64,000 nt of DNA from a virus (lineage: Duplodnaviria; Caudoviricetes), in the IMG/VR virus record IMGVR_UViG_2934356561_000002, positions 28,017 to 92,016 of that record, one strand, 5' to 3'. The position numbers and the translations under genes were made by a program. The notes under the pieces were generated by a model. The model was not told where the DNA came from, ran no database searches, and worked only from the letters and a program-made list of their open reading frames with translations. Each line of letters starts with the position of its first letter. The stretch's first letter is position 1. Shown here piece by piece: positions 46,786-54,780 of this stretch.

Positions 46786-47792
46786 CCGACCGGATCCCGC
46801 TTGGCGACCTCACCCTCGACGCCCTTGACGCCCTGTACGACCGCGTGGCCGAGCTGGAGGTCGAGCGGCAAAAAGCCGACGCCATTAACGCCGAGGTCGA
46901 CGCGGAAACTGAGCAGCAACTTAACGACGCCATCGAGGTCGCCCAGTACTACAAGGCCCTGGCCGAGCGGACGCAGGCGTGGGGCGAGCAGCACCGTGAC
47001 CGGGCCAACCGGTACCGGGCCCGCACCGACGCCGTCCGTGCCGAGCTCACCGCCCTCAACTCCGAGACGCGGGGGCTGAACCCGTTCGCCATGGCGGGCC
47101 GCCGTGACGCTGTCGCCTGCATCCGGGCCACGCTCCAGGCCATCAGCCACGACACCCCGGTCCCCGACGACCCCCGCGTCACCGCCCTGGAGGCGGAGCG
47201 CGACGCCGTGTACCGCGAGCGGGCCCACCTGGTCGCCCTCCTGGCCACCCTCCACCCCTCCCACATCGGCCACACCGACCCGAACGCCCCCGACTGGGAT
47301 GTCGTCACCATCGAAACCCCCGCCGGACAGATGACCTGGCACATCGCCGAACGGGACATGGACCTCTTCACCCACGTCCAGCCCACGAACCGGATCTGCC
47401 GGGGCTGGGACGGCCACACCACCGACGAGAAGTACCAGCGGATGCGCGACCTCACTCAGGCCACACCCAGCCTGCTGAAGCTGGAAGTCGTGGCCGACCG
47501 GCAAGCCGAACACATCAAGCAGCTCACCGCCCGCGTCGAGCAGGCCGGGGCCCGCGTGGCCGAGCTGGAGCAGCAGCTCGCCGACGCCGACACGGCTGCC
47601 GACCACACCGACCGCACCTGTGAGGCCGTCACTCGCGCTGAGACGGCCGAGGCCGCCATCGAACGCGTGCGGCGGCTGTGCGACCTCACCATCGGAGCTT
47701 CGGTCCGCGTCCAGGCCGTGCAGCAGGCCCGCGACACCCTCGCTGCCCTTGACGAGCAGCCGCAGCAGAGCGCTGCTCAGGTCTGCGAGTGA
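46782..47792 (+). CDS. coiled-coil phage protein
   Basis: DRIPLGDLT..ALDALY; YRERAHL...GQMTWH...WDGHTTDEKY. Confidence 0.7.
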   Translation: MTDRIPLGDLTLDALDALYDRVAELEVERQKADAINAEVDAETEQQLNDAIEVAQYYKALAERTQAWGEQHRDRANRYRARTDAVRAELTALNSETRGLNPFAMAGRRDAVACIRATLQAISHDTPVPDDPRVTALEAERDAVYRERAHLVALLATLHPSHIGHTDPNAPDWDVVTIETPAGQMTWHIAERDMDLFTHVQPTNRICRGWDGHTTDEKYQRMRDLTQATPSLLKLEVVADRQAEHIKQLTARVEQAGARVAELEQQLADADTAADHTDRTCEAVTRAETAEAAIERVRRLCDLTIGASVRVQAVQQARDTLAALDEQPQQSAAQVCE

Positions 47793-48252
47793 CACCGAGG
47801 TTTGTTCTGCCTGAACCCGCCTTCCCCCTACAGAAGCCGGGCGCACGCGAAGGTGCGGCCGGCAGGGGGGGCTGCCAGCCGCACCAGATCCGCCCAACCC
47901 GCAGCGCAAACCGGGGGCGACCAGAACGGGAAGGGCCGGATCGGCAGACCGTGCTGCGAAGCCCGCCCCACCGTTAGGGGACGGAATACGGTCTGCCCAT
48001 CAAGCCCTTCCCGCCCCGATTCAGGCGGGTACAGAATTTCGGCTGCAACAACCGCCAAGACACGACGGCACGAAATCCCGCACATGAGACGCCGTCATAT
48101 CGGCAACCAGAAACCGCAGTTCAGGGCCTCACAGGACCAGCATGGACGGCAAACAAACCGTTTTCTAGGTCGGATTCTTATCGCTAAATCCGGTACCGCA
48201 AAATAGGATCACGGCGCGCACTGGATGCCACATACACGGGGGCCTGCACCAC

Positions 48253-49077
48253 ATGAACAAGGAAGCACTGCGAGATCTCCTCAAGAGCCACCGAGACCGC
48301 ATAGATCCGGAGGATCACGGCTATAAACGGCTCAGCCGCCAGGGCCGCAGAGCCCCCGGCCTGACCCAACACCAAGTCGACCAGCTCCTCACCCGAGAAA
48401 TGGGCACCTACCGGCTCCTGGAGTCCGGCAGGAACCCCCGGCCGAAGACCGACCTCCTGCGGGACGTAGCGGCACTTTTCGGAATGGACGAACACGCCTG
48501 GGTGCTCCTCAACCGGTACGCGCTCGGCCAGGAACCCCCCGCCCCCCTCTACACAGACTCAGGGTTCCAGGTCCCCTCGTCATGGCAGCAGGCCGTCGAC
48601 GGGATCGAGCACATGGCATACGTGACGGACGCCGCGTGGAACATGGTCTGCCACAACAAGCACCTCCCGGGCATGTACCCGGGCCGGCGGGTCCCGCAGA
48701 ACATCATGCGGTGGATGTGCCTGGACCCCGAAGCGCGCACCGTCCTCGCGGACTGGGAAACAGAGTGGGCGCCCCGCATCCTCCCCCAGCTCCGTGCCGC
48801 CGTGGCGATCCACCACGACGCCACCGTCAAGCAGCTCGAGACCGACGTGATGGCCGACCCGGTCGCCGGGCCCCTCTACGAAGCGCGTGGTGCGGTCATC
48901 CACCCCGACGGCGACGAACGCCCTCTCACCCACCCCCTCCTCGGGCGTGGCTGGGTCACCATGTGCTCCGCGACACCCGAAGGATCCCCCGGCGCCCGCC
49001 TCATGATCCTCCTTTTCCGGCCAGGTACGGCCCGGCCCGCCCCGCACGCCATCCTCCGCGCACCCGGAACCCCCTGA
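48253..49077 (+). CDS. XRE/MmyB-family transcriptional regulator
   Basis: LRDLLKSHRDRIDP..GRRAPGLTQ HTH; AYVTDAAWN PAS-like ligand domain. Confidence 0.88.
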   Translation: MNKEALRDLLKSHRDRIDPEDHGYKRLSRQGRRAPGLTQHQVDQLLTREMGTYRLLESGRNPRPKTDLLRDVAALFGMDEHAWVLLNRYALGQEPPAPLYTDSGFQVPSSWQQAVDGIEHMAYVTDAAWNMVCHNKHLPGMYPGRRVPQNIMRWMCLDPEARTVLADWETEWAPRILPQLRAAVAIHHDATVKQLETDVMADPVAGPLYEARGAVIHPDGDERPLTHPLLGRGWVTMCSATPEGSPGARLMILLFRPGTARPAPHAILRAPGTP

Positions 49078-49184
49078 CCACACCAGCCCCACACACCCCA
49101 GCCCGGACAACCAGGGGCAAGGATCCAGCCACAAGCAGCTACTTTGAGGAAGTCTTTACCCCTAGCTGCCCCGTGGAGGACCCC

Positions 49185-50225
49185 TTGCCCGCCTACGTCA
49201 CCCTCCCGCAGGTCACCCTCCCCCCGCACAAGGTCACCACCGACGCGATCCTCGAAGACATCCGCGCCCACCACCCCGACCACCCCCGGCTCGAGGTCAT
49301 CACGCGGGCAATAGGCAACAGCGGAGTGAAAACGAGGCACTTCACGAGACCTCTCTCCTCCCCCACCGTGAATGGCACCGCAGGAGTCCTCGAGCGCACC
49401 ACCGCCGCGTTTGAGGACTCCCTGCACATGGCCACGGACGCCGCGCTCAAGGCCCTCGCGCACGCCGGCCTCACCCCCGACCAGGTCAATGTCATCATCA
49501 CGTCGCACGCCACCGGATGGGCCGTCCCAAATCTCGACGTCCGACTCATCGACCGTCTCGGGCTCCGGCCCACGGTGCGCCGCATCCCGATGACGACCCT
49601 CGCATGCGCCGGCGGCGTCCAGTCCCTCATCCGGGCCGCCGACCAGGTCACGGTCCGCCCCACCGACACCGTGCTCGTCGTCGTCACCGAGACCCTCTCC
49701 ACGTCGTACAACCACGCCGACACATCGGTCCCGTCGATGATCTACAAAGCCCTGTTCGCCGACAGTGCCGCCGCAGCCGTCGTCACCGCCGAGCCCCTCC
49801 AACCCGGGCTCCGCATCGACGACAGCCTCGAATACTGGCTCCCCGAATCCCTCGACCGGTACCGCGGCCGCCTCGACGACACCGGCATGCACTTCGACTC
49901 CGACCGGCGGGCCCCCGCCGCCGCATCCCACGCGATGCCCGCCGTTCTCCAGTGGATCGGTGACCGCATCCTCGACTGGGTCGCGATCCACCCCGGCGGC
50001 CCCAGCATCATCCACAACGTCGCCGAGGCCGTAGGGCTCGACGACCTGGACGCCCACCACTCCTACGCGTCCCTCGCCGAGAACGGGAACCTCGGCGGCG
50101 CATCGGTCCTCGACGTCCTCGCTCGCACACACACCACCCCGCCCGCAGGCGGCGCGGAAGGACTCCTCGTCGCGTTCGGCCCCGGTTTCACCACCGCAGC
50201 CATCCGCGGCGCCTGGCACGCCTGA
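49185..50225 (+). CDS. type III polyketide synthase (chalcone synthase-like)
   Basis: GGAGG RBS + TTG; LACAGG (Cys), LFAD, HPGG (His), GNLGGAS (Asn), FGPGF. Confidence 0.93.
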   Translation: MPAYVTLPQVTLPPHKVTTDAILEDIRAHHPDHPRLEVITRAIGNSGVKTRHFTRPLSSPTVNGTAGVLERTTAAFEDSLHMATDAALKALAHAGLTPDQVNVIITSHATGWAVPNLDVRLIDRLGLRPTVRRIPMTTLACAGGVQSLIRAADQVTVRPTDTVLVVVTETLSTSYNHADTSVPSMIYKALFADSAAAAVVTAEPLQPGLRIDDSLEYWLPESLDRYRGRLDDTGMHFDSDRRAPAAASHAMPAVLQWIGDRILDWVAIHPGGPSIIHNVAEAVGLDDLDAHHSYASLAENGNLGGASVLDVLARTHTTPPAGGAEGLLVAFGPGFTTAAIRGAWHA

Positions 50226-50394
50226 GCCGGGCCGCTGTCAGACCCTCGTGTCACGCTGTACCAGCCCGGTGGTGGTCTCACCTCGAAGCCGATGCCGCCA
50301 CCGGGCACAACGACAAGAACGCCCCCGCCCGGCTGCGAAGCCAAGCGGGGGCGTAGCTGCGTGTGGAAGTGCTCAGTCCTCGATGCCCAGGTAG

Positions 50395-50520
50395 ATGCCG
50401 CCAGCCGCATCCGCGAAGTGCACGTACCTCGCCGACTGGACCACTACGAAGCTCCGCTGGAAGCTCAGCGCGGACGACAAGGAGCGGGCCGCGCTGGAGT
50501 GCGGGAACCTCGTCGACGAT
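50395..50520 (+). pseudogene. remnant of an HNH/DUF1524-like nuclease C-terminus
   Basis: MPP...CTYLADWTTTKLRWKLSADDKERAAL with no N-terminal part. Confidence 0.55.
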
Positions 50521-50542
50521 CCGGAGCTTCGGCCAGATACGA

Positions 50543-50570
50543 CTGTGCCCCGCCAGCTGACGGGGCACAG
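50543..50570. terminator. hairpin at the distal end of array A
   Basis: CTGTGCCCCG-N8-CGGGGCACAG. Confidence 0.55.
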
Positions 50571-50764
50571 CACCCCGCATGGGCGGGGAGGACTTCTTCA
50601 TGTCCTCGAGCCAGCTGTTGCCCCAAGGATCAACCCCGCACGTGCGGGGACCAGTGCGATTTGCGGTCTGCCCAACTAAGTGGACTCGGACCAACCCCGC
50701 ATTGACGGGGATCGTTGCGCAGCACTATTCGCCCCATGGGCCAACCCCGCTCGGCGGGGAGGAG
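50566..50764 (-). CRISPR. degenerate type I-E-like mini-array A (4 repeats)
   Basis: Repeats at 50566, 50627, 50688, 50738 (periods 61, 61, 50); best copy reads CTGGTCCCCGCACGTGCGGGGTTGATCC on the minus strand; 33-bp spacers. Confidence 0.7.
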
Positions 50765-50826
50765 TGGCTTCACTGTAGCGCGGCTATCGAGGTGTCGTCA
50801 TTCGAACGCGGAGAGCGGTATCCGCC

Positions 50827-50859
50827 TTGACAACCTTGCATCACGTGATGCAAGGTTGT
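50827..50859 (+). promoter_or_regulatory. TTGACA promoter overlapped by a perfect 30-bp inverted repeat
   Basis: ACAACCTTGCATCACGTGATGCAAGGTTGT at 50830-50859; TTGACA at 50827. Confidence 0.8.
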
Positions 50860-50893
50860 GGGTGTCAGCAGCCGATCAGACCCCGGAGAAATC

Positions 50894-51196
50894 ATGAGCA
50901 CCGAGATCTACAACCAGAACTACGGCCGCAGCATCTCCTCCTACGAACTCCTCGACGAGACCCGCGAGACGTACGGCCTCAGCAGGCAGGACGCCCACGA
51001 TGCGATCCACGCCATGCTCAGCGGAATCATCGAGACCGATGGCGAGGAGACCGTGATCCTCGACCGCACTCCCGTCCGCCCCGAACTTCTGACGAGCAAC
51101 CCGCAGGACGTCGACATCGACCAGTGGATCACTGTGTCCGACGAGACCGCCGACGCCATCCGTGAGGCACTCGCCGCCGTATACGCCGAGCAGTAA
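50894..51196 (+). CDS. small acidic protein (anti-CRISPR/anti-defence candidate)
   Basis: GGAG RBS; 100 aa, 21 D/E versus 6 R and no K. Confidence 0.75.
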   Translation: MSTEIYNQNYGRSISSYELLDETRETYGLSRQDAHDAIHAMLSGIIETDGEETVILDRTPVRPELLTSNPQDVDIDQWITVSDETADAIREALAAVYAEQ

Positions 51197-51265
51197 CCCA
51201 CCGCCAACACATCACAGCCCGCCCCGGCGCAGCCAGGGCGGGCCGCTCCGCATGATAGGAACCCC

Positions 51266-51487
51266 ATGCCTGACGACCAGCCAGAACTCTGGACCATCGA
51301 ACAGGCCGCCGAACACCTCGGCGTCCAGCCAGGCAGCGCACGCGGACTACTCTCCCGCCGTGGGATCCGCCGCGCCGCCACCGGAAGCCATCCCGTCAGC
51401 GGCCGGATCGTAGCCCTCTACTCAGCCGACCAAGTACGCGACGTTGCCACCAACCGGCGCCCCGGCCGCCGCACCGATCTCGACTGA
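51266..51487 (+). CDS. small HTH DNA-binding protein (Aca-like position)
   Basis: LWTIEQAAEHLGVQPGSARGLLSR...RPGRRTDL. Confidence 0.8.
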   Translation: MPDDQPELWTIEQAAEHLGVQPGSARGLLSRRGIRRAATGSHPVSGRIVALYSADQVRDVATNRRPGRRTDLD

Positions 51488-51502
51488 CCCCGGCCATGAA
51501 GG

Positions 51503-51531
51503 CACCCCCTCCCGGGCTGCGGGAGGGGGTG
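51503..51531 (+). terminator. terminator-like hairpin
   Basis: CACCCCCTCCCG-GGCTG-CGGGAGGGGGTG. Confidence 0.6.
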
Positions 51532-52040
51532 GTCGCTCCCCGCGCCGGCTCGGCGGAGGTCACCGCATCCGGACCACGGTCAGCGTCCTGTGCCGCCCCG
51601 TCCCGGCGAGGACCTCCACGACCAGATCCGTCTCCACCCGCATGTACGGCTCATCCCCGGCCCGCCGCTCCTCAAGCGCCTCAGCACCGGCCAGCACAGC
51701 GCCAATCCCGGCAGCGAGGACCGGCTCCAGACGCCCCGACAGCCAGACCGGGCCACCCTCGTCCCCCACCGCCAGGACCAGATGGTGCGGCCTGACGCCA
51801 GAGCGGCCGAAACGGCCATCCCCGACAGGCCGGCTGGCACCGTGGCACGAGAAGCGGACACGCCCACGAACGAGTGACCCGTGGGCGGAGGCCGGCTACA
51901 AGAACTGCTGGCCAGGGCGCTTCCGACGGAGTCGCGAATCGAACACCGCGCGCCGAACAGCCAAAGGTTGCCGCCCTGTTGACTACGCTGAGCGCCTCGG
52001 CCGGAGCAGACCGCGATGTACTTGGGATGGAGGTGAGGGT

Positions 52041-53714
52041 GTGCCCACCACAGAGGTACTGAGGGCGTACAGATTCACCCTCGATCCGACCGACGCGCAG
52101 CGGTCCGATCTCGCCCGGCATGCCGGGGCCTGCCGGTGGGCGTACAACTACGCCCTGGCGAAGAAGCGGCAGAGCCACGAGGCGTGGGCGGCGATGCGCG
52201 ATGCGCACGTCGCCGCGGGTATGACGGAGGCCGGGGCCAAGAACGCGATCAAGCAGGCCGGGGCAGGCCTGCGGGACCGTATCGCGGTGTGGGATCACCA
52301 CCGCAAGTCCCTCATGGCGGCTGCCCGCGGCACGGCTGCGCCCGAACAACCCGCGGCCGCCGAACGGGAATCCGGTCTGGCCGGGCGGCTGCGCGGGCTC
52401 CGCGACGCTGCAACCCCCGAGACCGCGAAGACCCTGCTTGCCGAGGCCCGTCGAACCGTGAACGCCCTCAAGGCCGAGGCATTTACGGCCGGATTCCGGA
52501 CGCCGTCGTCCATGGACACCTGCGCCCTGTGGCGCACCGAGCGCGACCTGCCACGCGAGGAGGGGGGCTCCCCCTGGCACTCCGAGGTCAGCGTCTACGG
52601 GTTCACCGGGGGATTCGACCGTGCCGACGCGGCGTGGAAGAACTGGCTGGACTCCTTCAGCGGGAAGCGGGCCGGGCGCCGGGTCGGCTACCCGCGCTTC
52701 GCGGCCAAGCACCGCAGCCGCGACAGCTTCAGCCTCTACCACGATGTGAAGGCGCCGAGTATCCGACCGGACGGATACCGGCGTCTGACGCTGCCCTCCC
52801 TGGGCAGCGTCCGAATCCACAACTCGAACAAGCACCTGTCCAGGCTCCTCGACCGGGGCCAGGCTATGGTCCGGTCCGTCACGATCAGCCGCGGCGCGCA
52901 CCGGTGGTACGCGAGCGTCCTGGTCGCGGCCCAGCAGCACATCCCGGACAAGCCCACCCGCCGTCAGCGCACTGGCGGCCTGGTGGGAATCGATCTCGGC
53001 TCCCGCCATCTCGCCGCTCTCTCCTCACGGCTCGACCAGTCCGACCCCGACTCGACGCTCATCGAGCACCCCCGGTTCCTGAACCGGGACCTGGAGAAGA
53101 TTCAGCACCGTCAGCGGGCCCTCTCCCGTACCAAGAAGGGCTCCAGCCGGCGCAAGAAGGCCGCCGACCACCTCGCCCGCGCCCACCACGAGGTCGTCAT
53201 GCGCCGCACGACCTACCTCCACAAGGTGACCAAACGCCTCACGACCCGGTTCGCCCAGATCGCGATCGAGGACCTGGACCTGACCGGAATGACGGCATCG
53301 GCCCGCGGCACCGAGGAACAGCCCGGTACGAACGTCAAGGTCCAGGCCCAGTTCAACCGGCACCTCCTGGACGCCGGACTGGGTGAGCTGCGCCGCCAGC
53401 TCACCTACAAGAGCCCCTGGTACGGAGCACAGCTCATCGTCCTCGACCGAGCCGAGCCCGTCGCCAGTACGTGCGCGAAATGCGGGGAGCGAGACCCAAG
53501 CTCCACACCGTCGCGCGCGAGATTCACCTGCCCTTCGTGCGGGAACGCCGTGCCCCGCCACGAAAACGCTGTCGCGAACATCATTCGCACAGCACGCAGA
53601 CAAACGGCAGTCGCCTCCGACAGGGGGGAGACTCAAAACGCTCGCCGAGTCCCGATCCCCGGCGCCCGCAAGAGCGCCAGGGCCGAGACGCTGACGCGAG
53701 AAGACACCGGCTAA
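52041..53714 (+). CDS. tnpB: TnpB/Cas12f-like RNA-guided protein with RuvC-III D>H (predicted nuclease-dead), CRISPR-adjacent
   Basis: GGAGGTGA RBS; RAYRFTLDPT..HAGACRWAYNYAL; GYPRF; GIDLG (RuvC-I); IAIEDL (RuvC-II); CAKC..CPSC; PRHENAVANI in place of DRDxNAAxNI. Confidence 0.9.
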   Translation: MPTTEVLRAYRFTLDPTDAQRSDLARHAGACRWAYNYALAKKRQSHEAWAAMRDAHVAAGMTEAGAKNAIKQAGAGLRDRIAVWDHHRKSLMAAARGTAAPEQPAAAERESGLAGRLRGLRDAATPETAKTLLAEARRTVNALKAEAFTAGFRTPSSMDTCALWRTERDLPREEGGSPWHSEVSVYGFTGGFDRADAAWKNWLDSFSGKRAGRRVGYPRFAAKHRSRDSFSLYHDVKAPSIRPDGYRRLTLPSLGSVRIHNSNKHLSRLLDRGQAMVRSVTISRGAHRWYASVLVAAQQHIPDKPTRRQRTGGLVGIDLGSRHLAALSSRLDQSDPDSTLIEHPRFLNRDLEKIQHRQRALSRTKKGSSRRKKAADHLARAHHEVVMRRTTYLHKVTKRLTTRFAQIAIEDLDLTGMTASARGTEEQPGTNVKVQAQFNRHLLDAGLGELRRQLTYKSPWYGAQLIVLDRAEPVASTCAKCGERDPSSTPSRARFTCPSCGNAVPRHENAVANIIRTARRQTAVASDRGETQNARRVPIPGARKSARAETLTREDTG

Positions 53715-53761
53715 CACCGGTGCCACCCCCGGAGAGCGATCCCCGGGCCCCCGCAACGCAC
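53608..53761 (+). ncRNA. omegaRNA-derived scaffold / putative tracrRNA
   Basis: Hairpins GTCGCCTCC-GACA-GGGGGGAGAC, CACCGG-CTAACA-CCGGTG, CCCGGAGA-GCGA-TCCCCGGG; 3' CCCCCGCA complementary to the repeat. Confidence 0.55.
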
Positions 53762-53819
53762 CACCCCTAACTCAACAGAGAACCAACACGCAGCTAACCA
53801 AACTCACAGCTCATCCAGG

Positions 53820-54126
53820 GTGCTACCCATGCGCGTGCGGGGAGGTCCACCTGCCAAACATCACCCTCAGGGCAAGGTTTGTGCTACCCATGCGCGTGCG
53901 GGGAGGTCCGGAGTCGGCTCCGCGAGGTAACGGGATACGAGGTGCTACCCATGCGCGTGCGGGGAGGTCCCTGACCTACCAGAACATCACGACGCGAGGT
54001 TCAGCACCCTTAGGTGTGGCAAGCGCCATGGACAGTGTTCCACCCACGTGCTTGCGGGGAGGTCCTTGATTTTCACTACGGTGTGCAGACGGGCCGGGTG
54101 TCGCCCACATACGCGCGGGGAGCGAC
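53820..54126 (+). CRISPR. CRISPR array B: 3 identical 29-bp repeats + 2 degenerate, 32-bp spacers
   Basis: GTGCTACCCATGCGCGTGCGGGGAGGTCC at 53820, 53881, 53942; variants at 54035 and 54098. Confidence 0.92.
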
Positions 54127-54152
54127 GCGAGGAAGGCGCGGCCCGAACAGCC

Positions 54153-54482
54153 CTACCCACTGGCCAGCCCCGTCTGCGGATTACAGATCTGGCACGGCTC
54201 GATGTCTGGCTCGGCGAGCGCGATCAGGGCTTCCTCACGGTCGAGGAATCCGAGCTCGGACTTGAAGAGGGTGCAGCCGCCGCGGTGCAGCATCGCGGGC
54301 ATCCCGCCGCGTTGCGGCTGGATTTTCCAGGACTGCTCCGCCCGCGCCCGCTGCCGCGCCCGTGCCTCCTGCTGTTCCTTGACCTCAAGCTCCCGGATCC
54401 GGCCCCGGACCTGACGCAGCTGCCACTCCAGCCACTCGGCGAGGGCCCGGTTCTTGTCCAGGTCGGATATGCCGCCGGACAC
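54153..54482 (-). CDS. DUF6233-like protein
   Basis: LHRGGC...EEALIAL...IEPCQICNP. Confidence 0.8.
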   Translation of the reverse strand: MSGGISDLDKNRALAEWLEWQLRQVRGRIRELEVKEQQEARARQRARAEQSWKIQPQRGGMPAMLHRGGCTLFKSELGFLDREEALIALAEPDIEPCQICNPQTGLASG

Positions 54483-54484
54483 GG

Positions 54485-54780
54485 CTACGCCTCGGCCGGC
54501 TCGTGGGCGTGCTTGAGCGCCATGCGGGCCTTGACCACGTCCCCGCTCAGCGCCGCCCAGTACGGGTGCGTCATCACCTCGGCACTCAGCCGGCGCAGCT
54601 CATCCTGGAAGCGCTGGACTTCTGTGGCCTGCTCCTCCGTGTACCCGGGACTGTCCGACTTGGAGGAGATGTAGTTGCTGTGGAGCTGCTTGTCGCTCTC
54701 CCACCCGGGCATCGGCTCGGCCGACCACGGCAAAGTCTTGGCGTACTCCTCGTACGCGGCGCGGGCTGTTCTTTGGCACG
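54485..54780 (-). CDS. hypothetical protein (start uncertain, possibly truncated)
   Basis: LPWSAEPMPGW...SPGYTEEQ...THPYW...ARMALK. Confidence 0.55.

Noticed and set aside
51560-51890. Minus-strand ORF between the HTH gene and tnpB
   Set aside because: Coding-like 3' part, but no convincing start or RBS and an upstream in-frame stop; at most a remnant.
51444-52040. N-terminal 200-aa extension of TnpB in the ORF track (756 aa)
   Set aside because: Low-complexity Pro/Arg/Ser translation that crosses a terminator; a strong RBS and the family N-terminus begin at GTG 52041.
51900-53820. Intact IS200/IS605 or IS607 insertion sequence
   Set aside because: No Y1 or serine transposase and no recognisable left end; the 3' end runs into a CRISPR array. 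A non-autonomous origin is still likely.
53849-54097. Self-targeting spacers within the window
   Set aside because: Only short matches were noticed by eye (e.g. CCTTAGGTG near 59652). These are not significant, though an alignment is needed to exclude matches fully.
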